A DNA stretch of 43,050 nucleotides from an uncultured Candidatus Saccharibacteria bacterium. Its GTDB lineage: Bacteria > Patescibacteriota > Minisyncoccia > Phycocordibacterales > JABMNX01. This document shows positions 23,780 to 32,396 of this stretch, piece by piece. Position numbers and translations under genes: made by a program. The notes beneath the pieces are model-generated. The model was given only the letters and a program-made list of their open reading frames with translations. It made no database searches and was not told the DNA's origin. Position 1 is the stretch's first letter. Every line of letters starts with the position of its first letter. The stretch lies in assembly GCA_964575755.1 (NCBI GenBank), contig CAZNRH010000001.1, forward strand, positions 181,347 to 224,396, written 5' to 3'.

Positions 23780-24533
23780 TTAATACTTCTTAATCCAAGA
23801 AAGTGTCTCTTTTAGCAGTTTTTCTTCAACTCCTTCCTCATCAAAGGTATGTCCAGCTCCTTTAATTTTTATAAAATCTTTTGGTCCATTTGTGTGTTTA
23901 TAATACTCCTTACTTCCTTTACTTAAAATTCCTTTACCTGCGATAATAATCTTTAAAGGTACTTCAATCTTAGATATCAATTTTAATTCATTTTCTCCAT
24001 TAAACCACTTCCATTCTTCATACATTTTTGGATTCATTAAATATTCTGTTCCCCCACTCTTCGATAAATACTTCTCTGCCATTAACTTTTGCTTTTTTAG
24101 GAGTATCCTCACTTCCTGACTCTAAATAAGAAGGGTCCCATAAAATAATATTATCTACTTTAGAAAAATCTGATTTTAATATTGTAGGGCTTCCTAAACT
24201 ATGTCCGATTACTATTATTTTTTTATATTTCTTTCTAAAATGAGAAACTATTGTATCTAAGTCTTTCCCGTGAGTAGTAATAGTACTTTTACTCAATGAC
24301 CTCCCTCCTTTTTCTCCTGTATATAAACTAAAACGAAATACGTCTACTCATTTTTTAGGGAATTGATTGGCAGCATTATAAAAAGTGTGTTCGTTTGGAT
24401 GTCCTGTTAATCCGTGTATAAAAATTGCGAGTTTGTCGCACTTCTTACTTGAAGTGTTTAGTACCCCATAAATAATATGTTTGTCTTTTGTTTTAAGTTT
24501 TACTTGTTTTTCCATAAGGAAATTATACCCCAA
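23780..24533 (-). pseudogene. alpha/beta-hydrolase gene disrupted by an in-frame TGA (24345-24347) and a 1-nt frameshift near the C-run at 24051-24055
   Basis: Three track ORFs (24348..24533, 24018..24296, 23780..24112) together read as one hydrolase, with HGLTGH, the GHSLG nucleophile elbow and a C-terminal GAGHTF. The first two are in the same frame and separated by TGA. The third is shifted by one base. Confidence 0.7.
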
Positions 24534-24713
24534 AATTCATTAGCTGACTGGCTCGGTCTAGAACCTAGTGACATGAGACACAGCAAGGGTCTTTGAAGTT
24601 CTTTTAGTGTATCAGAAATAAGTGTCTCGGTCTCGGATAACTCTCCACCAAGCCCTGCAAGAAATTCCATCTTTTTTACTAATTTATTAGATTTATTTGG
24701 GAAATTACTAACT

Positions 24714-25703
24714 TTAGTAAACCTTTCTTTTTTTGCGTATATTAGATACAAAATAAATAACAATCAAAGTCGGGAAAAACGCCCAAAATTTCCAAGAAAG
24801 AGACTGTTCCTCTTCTTTGGTATTAACAGCTTGTGCGTCATCAACATCAGAGCTAGTATCAAATAATCGTTCAATTCTTTTGGGCCCTTCAGGCTCAATA
24901 CTATCAATCCTTCTAACTTCAACTTTTTTAGCAAGAAATGGTATCTCCAAAATATTAGGTATCTCTTGTGACGTACTTTGAGAGAAAAGAGCAAATTTTG
25001 TCAAGTGATTAACGTTGAATGTAATTATTGTTTCATTAAATACAACGTCTGGAATGAGTACCCATCTACTTATGTTCTCATCAAGAAAATAGACTCCCGT
25101 TTTTTTTGCACCAATAAGCAAACTGGGAATTTTGAATGTAATGGTTATATATTCATCAAGCTGATGAATAAAACCTCCATTAGAGTCAAAAGCTATTATG
25201 TTGTAAAAGATATTGTCGGTCAAACCAAACTCTTGTGGAATCAGATATTTGTTTGCCGTTGACTCTATTTCAGTACTTACAATAATAGTAACTCCGTTTG
25301 AGGTAATTCCTTTCGGCACATTCACCACAACTAATATGTCATCATAGAAATTACATGTCAAAGTTCCAGATTGTTCTTCAGTAAGAACAAGTGGAATATT
25401 AAAAGCGTTGATATGTGACGGTATCCTACCGGCACCAATACTTCCCAAAATACCACCCCCTTCGGTTGTAGCAGTTTCTGTAGTGACTGTTCCCGATACT
25501 GTTGTGTCTTGCCAAGGGTATTCAATAATATAACTTGCTGAGCTCTGAGTCTCAAAAACGCCCGAACCTATAGAGTTAGTACCCATCTGATAATTATCAC
25601 TGGACATAACAGCGGCAGAAACAAGGGTCGGCATAAATACAATCACAGCAAGGAAAACGTAAATCAAGTTTTTGCAAAACATCCTGTTTTTAATCTTGAT
25701 CAT
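24714..25703 (-). CDS. secreted or surface protein with an N-terminal signal peptide and a C-terminal TM anchor
   Basis: The signal is VFLAVIVFMPTLVSAAV, and the C-terminus WKFWAFFPTLIVIYFVSNIRKKRK is hydrophobic followed by basic residues. No family recognised. Confidence 0.6.
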   Translation of the reverse strand: MIKIKNRMFCKNLIYVFLAVIVFMPTLVSAAVMSSDNYQMGTNSIGSGVFETQSSASYIIEYPWQDTTVSGTVTTETATTEGGGILGSIGAGRIPSHINAFNIPLVLTEEQSGTLTCNFYDDILVVVNVPKGITSNGVTIIVSTEIESTANKYLIPQEFGLTDNIFYNIIAFDSNGGFIHQLDEYITITFKIPSLLIGAKKTGVYFLDENISRWVLIPDVVFNETIITFNVNHLTKFALFSQSTSQEIPNILEIPFLAKKVEVRRIDSIEPEGPKRIERLFDTSSDVDDAQAVNTKEEEQSLSWKFWAFFPTLIVIYFVSNIRKKRKVY

Positions 25704-25720
25704 CTGTCTTTTATTCTTCT

Positions 25721-26212
25721 TTACTTTTCTTGAGTTGGAATTGAAGTTTGCTCAGAAACAGGAGTAGTCTGACTATCTTGCATATAAACTGGTCCAACAT
25801 TGATCAGAATGTTTTTTGTCGGACTGAATATGATTGCTTTGTCTTTGTAAATCAATAATTTATCGCCATCCTCCGCATCTTTAAAAAACGGTCTCTCTAT
25901 AGCAAGTGCCTTTGCGTCTTGAATAGTCGCTAAATTCGGTTCTCCTTCAGGGAGAATAATAAATTTTGAAACCTGCTTAACCACCTCGTCAACCTCTTTC
26001 TGATATGCTTCTTGTTGCGCTTGCTGTTGTACATCTGGATTAGACAAAAGAGCTACTTGTTTTTTTGCTTTTATATAATCAAATGCAAACCACACAAGAG
26101 CACCTATAAAAATGAGTAATAAAATGATTTTTATCTTGCCTACTATTAGGCGTGTTATTCCAATAAAAACATTTTTTAGAGTAAGAATTTTTTTCATATT
26201 ATTAATTGTCAT
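25721..26212 (-). CDS. single-pass membrane protein, hypothetical
   Basis: N-terminal TM (IILLLIFIGALVWFAF). It lies directly downstream of the giant surface protein gene. Confidence 0.55.
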   Translation of the reverse strand: MTINNMKKILTLKNVFIGITRLIVGKIKIILLLIFIGALVWFAFDYIKAKKQVALLSNPDVQQQAQQEAYQKEVDEVVKQVSKFIILPEGEPNLATIQDAKALAIERPFFKDAEDGDKLLIYKDKAIIFSPTKNILINVGPVYMQDSQTTPVSEQTSIPTQEK

Positions 26213-26229
26213 TATATTTTTAATTACCT

Positions 26230-29200
26230 TTACTCTGTCGATGTTTCCGCTGATGCCTCAACTGTCACGGTACGAGTTACCTTATTGGCAATATTACCGG
26301 CAATGTCTGACACATTATAGATTACAGTGTACACCCCTGCAGTGGCAGTATCTACTGTGTTCTCCACCGTAACAGATGATGTGACATCACCATCAGTGTC
26401 ATCAAGAGCTGTCGCACCTTCATCAAAGTAGGTTTCATCTACAACAAGGATTATCTCTTCTTTACCAATAAGTGTGATGATGGGTGATGTGGTGTCTTTC
26501 ATAGTGAGTACAGTAACCGCCCTCGTAACCTCTGTTGCTTGATTGCCTGCAGCATCGGATACGTTGTAAGTGATAGTGTACACTCCTTCTGTATCAGTAA
26601 GTACACTGTCGCCCCCTATAATAATATTTGTAGTAATGTCACCATCTACATCATCTGTTGCCACAACACCTTCCTCTGTGTAACTATCTCCAACGTTAAG
26701 CTCAAAAGCATTTTCCGCATTGAGTGTAATTACAGGTGAAGTGATATCGACTGGAATATTATTTGATGAAGTACTAGAGGCAACACCTCCACCATTCTCA
26801 CTTGAATCATCTGCTTCTGTGTACGGATCATAGACAACCACTTGTCGCTCTGCTGTTGTTGTGTTTCCATCGTTATCAGTTGTGCGATAAATAATCGTAT
26901 ACGTGCCAACTTCTGATGTATCAATTTGAATATTGCTGAAATCGCCCACATCCACATCATCCACACTCGCATAAAGTCCAAGATTATTGCCCTTATCATC
27001 AGTAATGACAGCGCCGAGGTCAGAATATATAAATCCGACTTCAATTTCTGCTGGATTGTTGCCTAATATTGTTATTGTTGGAGAGATCAAAGAGGTATTA
27101 TTTGCGTCACTGGAATCTGTTCCGCCAGGAGTTGTTCCAGACAAAAGTGTTTTCAATTCTGTTAATTCTTTTTTGTTCAAGCATACTTCACCACCAGTAT
27201 CTCCTATACACAATTCCTCTTTTGCAATAATTCTACCAACCACTAATGTTCCGTCACTTTCTTGATCTGTTACGAATTCCTCTACTGTCCCAACAAGAGT
27301 AAGTGAATTCACTTGACCCTGCAGGACTTCAATCTGTTCCTGCTGATCTTGAATAGATTTTACCAAAAGTGGTGTAATCCTACCGTAATCAACACCCCAC
27401 AATTCATCACTTTCAAGTTTAGCAGATACAGCTTCTGGATATATTTCATAAAGTTCTTGAGCAATAAAACCTATTGTATCAATATCACTGGTCTTCATAT
27501 TGAAATCCCTAACCTTAATTTTAAGCAAATCTTCAAGCGTATAATGAGTATCGCGAATATTTTCTTTAGCTCGTCTATCAGAAGTTGTATTATAAACGAC
27601 TCCTCCTGCACCATCACCACTAATTGTCGCTATCATTGTATTATCACCATCAACAAACCCTACAAATTTAGTATTACTACCTGGATTGATGTTTGGACCT
27701 GTTCTAATATATATACCTGAAGCATAATCGTTCGTGCTGTCATTACGAAATACTGTCTGGAAACCAGCTGATTCGGTCCCAATAGAATTAAAATGCCCTA
27801 CAGAATCAATATCCACTTTCTTGACATTATTTGTCAAAAATTCAAGAATACCATCACCAGTACTGAACATCCCGCTATCCGTATCACCTGCAGAATCAAA
27901 AGTATATCCATTATTATTTACACCTCCCGCACCAGGGGTTCCTCCTCTTGCTCTTATTCCTCCCGTAACATCTAAGCTAACAGCTGGACTAACATTACTT
28001 ATTCCAACCTTTCCAGAACCAGCTCCTAGAATCAAATCACCCCACCCAAATCCTGGATTCAAAACATTAATATAACCTTTCATCGTTGATCCGTTAAATC
28101 CAAATCGTAAACCACTGTTGGTATCGGTATTATTTGAAATGATTACTTGTTGGTTGTCTGTGTCATTGCTAATATACTCTGGCACTTCTATCAATAAATT
28201 AGAAATAGAAGTTGTTGTGCCAATACTGACATATCCACTACTGTTTATCCTCATTCTTTCATTATTATTGGTATAAAATTGCAAAAGACCGTCCGAGGTG
28301 CTGAACATTCCACTATCCGTATCACCTGAAGAATCAAAAGCATATCCATTATTATTTACACCTCCCGCACCAGGAATTCCTCCTCTTGCTCTTATTCCTC
28401 CAGTAACATCTAAACTAACAGCTGGACTTATTGTCCCAATGCCTATTTTTCCGTCTTGTTGAAGAGTCAACACAGTTCCGCTTCCTGGATCATCAAATGT
28501 TGTGCTAATTTTTAATTTATGAGAATCGCTTGCGTCTGTTCCAAAACTCCAATCTGTGCTAATCAAGCCAGAATAAAAAGTTATATACTCGTCGCTAGTA
28601 GAATTATCTGGAGCATAAAATCTAAGCGATGCTTCACCACTTCCTATTTGTTCAATCTTTGAAATAAGATAATTATCGTCACCATAGATATGTAATTTTT
28701 CGTTAGGTGAATCCGTCCCAATTCCTACTTGTCCCTGCGTTGCATCCACAAACAATGCGTTGTAATTTATTCCTTCTGCCACTCTAAAATCACCCATTAT
28801 TTCCAATGGTGTGGCAGGGCTTGTTGTGCCAATTCCGACACGATTATTAAATGAATCAACAACCAATGTATTTGTATCGAATCGCGCGTCAGTGGCAAAG
28901 GTAGAAGTTGAGTTAAACCACGATTGTCCTGTGTTTGTAAGAAGTGTTGACGATGCATTACCTAATGTAGAAAGTCCTGTAAACCATGATGTCCCAGATA
29001 CTGAAAATTGTGTTGTGCTAGCATTACCAAAAGTAGCAAGGTTTGTGAACCATGATTTATCTGATACTGAAAGCCGAGTTGAAGATGCGTTACCCAAGGT
29101 TGTCAATCCAGTAAACCAAGAAAGTCCGCTGTTAGTTAATTGTGTTGTTGACGCATTGCCGAGAGTTGTTTGTCCGGATACCACTAAATATCCTGAAAGT

Positions 29201-30195
29201 GATTGATCGGTTGATGAGGCGGTAGTGAAAGCTGAATGACCTGCTATTTGCACAGTTGATGACGCATAAAATGCACCCTGAGACCACCACGGCATTGTAG
29301 AGCTTGCTGTTAAATTTGTTACTCCGTAGTTTGTCGCAAATGTCCAGTTTTCCTCAGCTGTTTTAACTATGTTGCCACTCCAATAAAGAACGCCCGCATT
29401 GTTGTAAAGAGCGTTAGATGTAACATCAGGTGTAGAACTTGAAATCAAAATACCTTCTGAAAAAGTGCTAGTGGCGGTAAAATAGGAATCACCAGAAACT
29501 GAGAATGTCGCAGACGGTGTTGTTGTGCCAATACCCAATCGCCCCCCCGAAGTAAATGTCAAAAGTTGTGTTCCTGTATCAGTAATAATACGAAATAAAT
29601 CAGCAACTTGACTGGCAAAGCCACGAATTACGAGGGGAGTCGCCGAAGTGGTTGTTGCTTCAACAGTTAGTTCGGCTGTCGAGAAAGGGGTTGTTGTTCC
29701 AACTACCGACTGACCTGTGCCAAAAACGTGATCAGAGGTAAATGCTTGCGCAGTAGCACCAATCCTTTGTCGCGGAGTCATCTCCGAATCAGACCCGACT
29801 GTTACACCCAGCCAATACGTGTCACCGGTAAAATCAAGAGTCATAGTATTACCCGTGCCCGAACCAAGAAGAACCCTAAAAAGCCCACTTGATAAAGAAA
29901 CAGCGTTACCGTTTGCTGTTGTATGAGTGCCTGTCCAGAGAGTAGTTCCACTTGTTGAGGCATCGTAAATACGAAATATTATATTGTAGTTGCCATCGGA
30001 AACATTTGCGCCTGTTGAGTCTTGTAGCACCCCCTGATATGGAATCTGTTTGTTAATGCCAGGAGCAGCCAAAGCAAATCCAGCAGGCATTATTGTTAAT
30101 ATTGTAAAAATAATTAAAACAAAACCAATTAAGAGTTTTTTACCCTTACTCTTGTAAGTTCTGATGTTTTTTAATCTTATGCTTTTGAGTTTCAA
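26230..30195 (-). CDS. 1321-aa tail-fibre-like surface protein: signal/TM, fibre-type repeats, an internal Peptidase S74 (intramolecular chaperone) domain, a coiled coil, and three C-terminal Ig-like (DUF5011-type) domains
   Basis: The S74 signature TSDRRAKENI...GFIAQELYEIYPEAV...GVDYGRITPLLVKSIQDQQEQIE spans aa ~872-965. There are three repeats of P.ITL.G...........Y.D.GA.A.DD.DG..T.........T...G.YT..Y.V.D..GN.A....R.V.V. The only in-frame start upstream of the signal peptide is a TTG (30195). Confidence 0.85.
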   Translation of the reverse strand: MKLKSIRLKNIRTYKSKGKKLLIGFVLIIFTILTIMPAGFALAAPGINKQIPYQGVLQDSTGANVSDGNYNIIFRIYDASTSGTTLWTGTHTTANGNAVSLSSGLFRVLLGSGTGNTMTLDFTGDTYWLGVTVGSDSEMTPRQRIGATAQAFTSDHVFGTGQSVVGTTTPFSTAELTVEATTTSATPLVIRGFASQVADLFRIITDTGTQLLTFTSGGRLGIGTTTPSATFSVSGDSYFTATSTFSEGILISSSTPDVTSNALYNNAGVLYWSGNIVKTAEENWTFATNYGVTNLTASSTMPWWSQGAFYASSTVQIAGHSAFTTASSTDQSLSGYLVVSGQTTLGNASTTQLTNSGLSWFTGLTTLGNASSTRLSVSDKSWFTNLATFGNASTTQFSVSGTSWFTGLSTLGNASSTLLTNTGQSWFNSTSTFATDARFDTNTLVVDSFNNRVGIGTTSPATPLEIMGDFRVAEGINYNALFVDATQGQVGIGTDSPNEKLHIYGDDNYLISKIEQIGSGEASLRFYAPDNSTSDEYITFYSGLISTDWSFGTDASDSHKLKISTTFDDPGSGTVLTLQQDGKIGIGTISPAVSLDVTGGIRARGGIPGAGGVNNNGYAFDSSGDTDSGMFSTSDGLLQFYTNNNERMRINSSGYVSIGTTTSISNLLIEVPEYISNDTDNQQVIISNNTDTNSGLRFGFNGSTMKGYINVLNPGFGWGDLILGAGSGKVGISNVSPAVSLDVTGGIRARGGTPGAGGVNNNGYTFDSAGDTDSGMFSTGDGILEFLTNNVKKVDIDSVGHFNSIGTESAGFQTVFRNDSTNDYASGIYIRTGPNINPGSNTKFVGFVDGDNTMIATISGDGAGGVVYNTTSDRRAKENIRDTHYTLEDLLKIKVRDFNMKTSDIDTIGFIAQELYEIYPEAVSAKLESDELWGVDYGRITPLLVKSIQDQQEQIEVLQGQVNSLTLVGTVEEFVTDQESDGTLVVGRIIAKEELCIGDTGGEVCLNKKELTELKTLLSGTTPGGTDSSDANNTSLISPTITILGNNPAEIEVGFIYSDLGAVITDDKGNNLGLYASVDDVDVGDFSNIQIDTSEVGTYTIIYRTTDNDGNTTTAERQVVVYDPYTEADDSSENGGGVASSTSSNNIPVDITSPVITLNAENAFELNVGDSYTEEGVVATDDVDGDITTNIIIGGDSVLTDTEGVYTITYNVSDAAGNQATEVTRAVTVLTMKDTTSPIITLIGKEEIILVVDETYFDEGATALDDTDGDVTSSVTVENTVDTATAGVYTVIYNVSDIAGNIANKVTRTVTVEASAETSTE

Positions 30196-30565
30196 GGATT
30201 TTACATAAATTAATTAGCTTATTTATATTATACAGCCTATACAACAATAAAATATGCTTTGTAAAGAATAATTGGAGATAACTTTTCCCTATTACAAGCA
30301 AATCACACAAGACAAATTCTTAATTATTTTAAGGATCAGTTTTCATCACTTGGATTATGAATGAAAACAACCTTTGCAACCAACACATCATTCAAGTGTA
30401 AATCTTTACTGTTCTCAGTAAGTATGCGATTTTTTAGTATAAAACTATTGAACCCAGAACATTCCATTTAGATACCCATTTCCAATAAACCTTGGGAATT
30501 AGGCGTTCCGGTCTATCTAACATGACCGTTTACTGTCTGAGACAATTTGGAGCTTTTTTAGTACA

Positions 30566-31633
30566 CTACCCTACTAATGCAATAATGATCCCTATAAAGG
30601 CGAATATTATGCTTACTACCCAGTATCGCATGGTTACCTTATAACTTGGCCAACCTATTGCTTCAAAGTGGTGGTGAAGTGGTGCAACTTTGAATACTTT
30701 CTTACCTCGATATTTTTTAGATAGAACTTGAATAATATTTGAAAGTACTGTCACCACAAGAAGAATCGCAATGATAGGGAGTACCGCTATACCTTCACCA
30801 CCACCAAGTGTATCAGTCATAAAAGCCAGAACCGCAATAGTCATTGTCAGCCCCATGGTTCCTGTTTCGGTCATATAGAACCGTGCAGGAGGAATGTTAA
30901 ACCATAAGAACGCAAGAATACCCCCAACGATAGTTGCCGAGAATGCAGCAAGGTCAATTTGTTGTTGATAAAAAGCGATTCCTGCATATGCTGCAAAAAT
31001 GGATGCGAACACTCCTCCAGATAATCCGTCTATTCCATCGATAACTCCACTGGCATAGATTGCTAAAGAAATTAACATAAAGAGCGGAATGATAAGCCAG
31101 CCAATAAACATGTCTCCATTAAACGGAATAGCAATACTTACGATATCTAGCTTTTCATAAAACCACCACCCAATAAATAAAGAAACCCCACCAACGATTG
31201 CTAAACGTATTTTTAATGAAATTCCACGTGGTCCTGAAACCGACGTTACGTCTAGTACATCATTTATAAATCCAACGAAGGCACCTACAAGAAGTGTGAA
31301 AAGTGGAATCCATGTTTGGTTACGGCTTAAAAAATCTAGTTTAGTGAAAGTTTCATTATCTGACATAATACTCAATACCCATATAAGAAGTGTTGTAATG
31401 AGAACACTCCCCCATATTACAATACCGCCCATACGAGGGGTCTTTAAGTCAGCCTCTCCGTGGAGTTTAGTAAATTCTACTGCTTTTGTGCCATCTAAAG
31501 CCATCTTCCCTCCCACCTTTTGCCACACTTTATATTTATAAAGATAATGAGTAACTATTGGAGTGATAGCTATGCCAATAAAAAAAGCCAGCGCCGCTGG
31601 AACCATTACTTTAACTATATCTAAGACTATCAT
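30566..31633 (-). CDS. mraY: phospho-N-acetylmuramoyl-pentapeptide transferase MraY
   Basis: Multi-TM protein with the motifs K..TP.MGG, NDVLDV-like, DGIDGL and APLHHHFE. The start is set at MIVLDIV (31633), 8 nt after TACAAT (31642-31647). Confidence 0.9.
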   Translation of the reverse strand: MIVLDIVKVMVPAALAFFIGIAITPIVTHYLYKYKVWQKVGGKMALDGTKAVEFTKLHGEADLKTPRMGGIVIWGSVLITTLLIWVLSIMSDNETFTKLDFLSRNQTWIPLFTLLVGAFVGFINDVLDVTSVSGPRGISLKIRLAIVGGVSLFIGWWFYEKLDIVSIAIPFNGDMFIGWLIIPLFMLISLAIYASGVIDGIDGLSGGVFASIFAAYAGIAFYQQQIDLAAFSATIVGGILAFLWFNIPPARFYMTETGTMGLTMTIAVLAFMTDTLGGGEGIAVLPIIAILLVVTVLSNIIQVLSKKYRGKKVFKVAPLHHHFEAIGWPSYKVTMRYWVVSIIFAFIGIIIALVG

Positions 31634-31759
31634 GTAGTCATATTGTACATCGGTTATAAAGCTAAGCAAGTTCGAAACTTATTTTTTGTAGATGGACAGA
31701 TGTCTTTTTATGTTGTAAATTATGTGTATCCAAAGAGATTAGAAAAAGGAGATATTTCA

Positions 31760-32335
31760 ATGGGTACTGTACATCTAACTAATGGTCACCATGGTTTGAT
31801 TTGTAGGAATAAGGATTGTCATCTTGATCGAAGGCATGTGCTCACCGAGCAAATGTTGGATTTACAAATCATGTTGTCTCGCGACAATATACTTCGAAGT
31901 GAGAGAGGGTCTATTGTGCGAGCGGCGTTACACGCTTTGCTTAACCTTAAAGGTTTTGATTCAGCTATCTCACTTGGTTATAGTGACTCACCAAAACCGT
32001 CTCTAATCATACCTAAGCGTGTGTGGGGTGAGATAACTCACATCGGTAAACCAAGGAAATTGGTTGTAATATTTTCACACGACTCGCGTAAAGGTAACGC
32101 ACCTTTTTACTCTCTTGAGCAGTGGTTAGAGGACAATCAGCCAAAAGATTCCACTGACACAGAATACAGTAAGTTTGAAAAATTGTGGTCTGATGCATCG
32201 ATGTGGGACATGTTCTTTAAAAGTCGGATTACTCTTGAAGTTGAGAAATTACGTTCTAATGCCGAAGAGCTTCACGAGAAAGCAATGCGACTTGCCGATG
32301 AAGCATCTGTTGTTGAAACACAAATGTTTAAGTAG
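31760..32335 (+). CDS. hypothetical 191-aa protein
   Basis: AAGGAG lies 8 nt before the ATG at 31760, and a strong GC-rich terminator follows. The gene looks more GC-rich than its neighbours by eye. No family recognised. Confidence 0.55.
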   Translation: MGTVHLTNGHHGLICRNKDCHLDRRHVLTEQMLDLQIMLSRDNILRSERGSIVRAALHALLNLKGFDSAISLGYSDSPKPSLIIPKRVWGEITHIGKPRKLVVIFSHDSRKGNAPFYSLEQWLEDNQPKDSTDTEYSKFEKLWSDASMWDMFFKSRITLEVEKLRSNAEELHEKAMRLADEASVVETQMFK

Positions 32336-32340
32336 ATGAG

Positions 32341-32377
32341 CACCCCTGACAGCGCAAGCTGTCAGGGGTGTTTTTTA
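32341..32377. terminator. 13-bp GC-rich stem CACCCCTGACAGC-GCAA-GCTGTCAGGGGTG followed by TTTTTT
   Basis: Perfect stem with a GNRA loop, between convergent genes. Confidence 0.9.
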
Positions 32378-32396
32378 TATTATTTTAAAATGGTTT

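Noticed and set aside
24345-24347. The in-frame TGA in the hydrolase gene might indicate genetic code 25 (UGA = Gly), as in Gracilibacteria/SR1.
   Set aside because: Long genes here, including the 1321-aa ORF, contain no in-frame TGA. ftsW also terminates at a TGA that overlaps the murG ATG. TGA therefore behaves as a stop. The same gene carries a frameshift as well, which fits a pseudogene.
24641-24650. CTCTCCACCA on the plus strand and GGAGAGTTATCCGAG on the minus strand looked like tRNA (Ser/Leu-type) ends.
   Set aside because: There is no complementary acceptor strand, no T-arm (GTTCRANYC-like) and no D-arm at the right spacing on either strand. This is not a tRNA.
26230-30195. Repeats inside the giant gene might represent an insertion sequence or a diversity-generating retroelement target.
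   Set aside because: The repeats are in frame and encode protein repeats. There is no reverse transcriptase, template repeat or transposase in the window.
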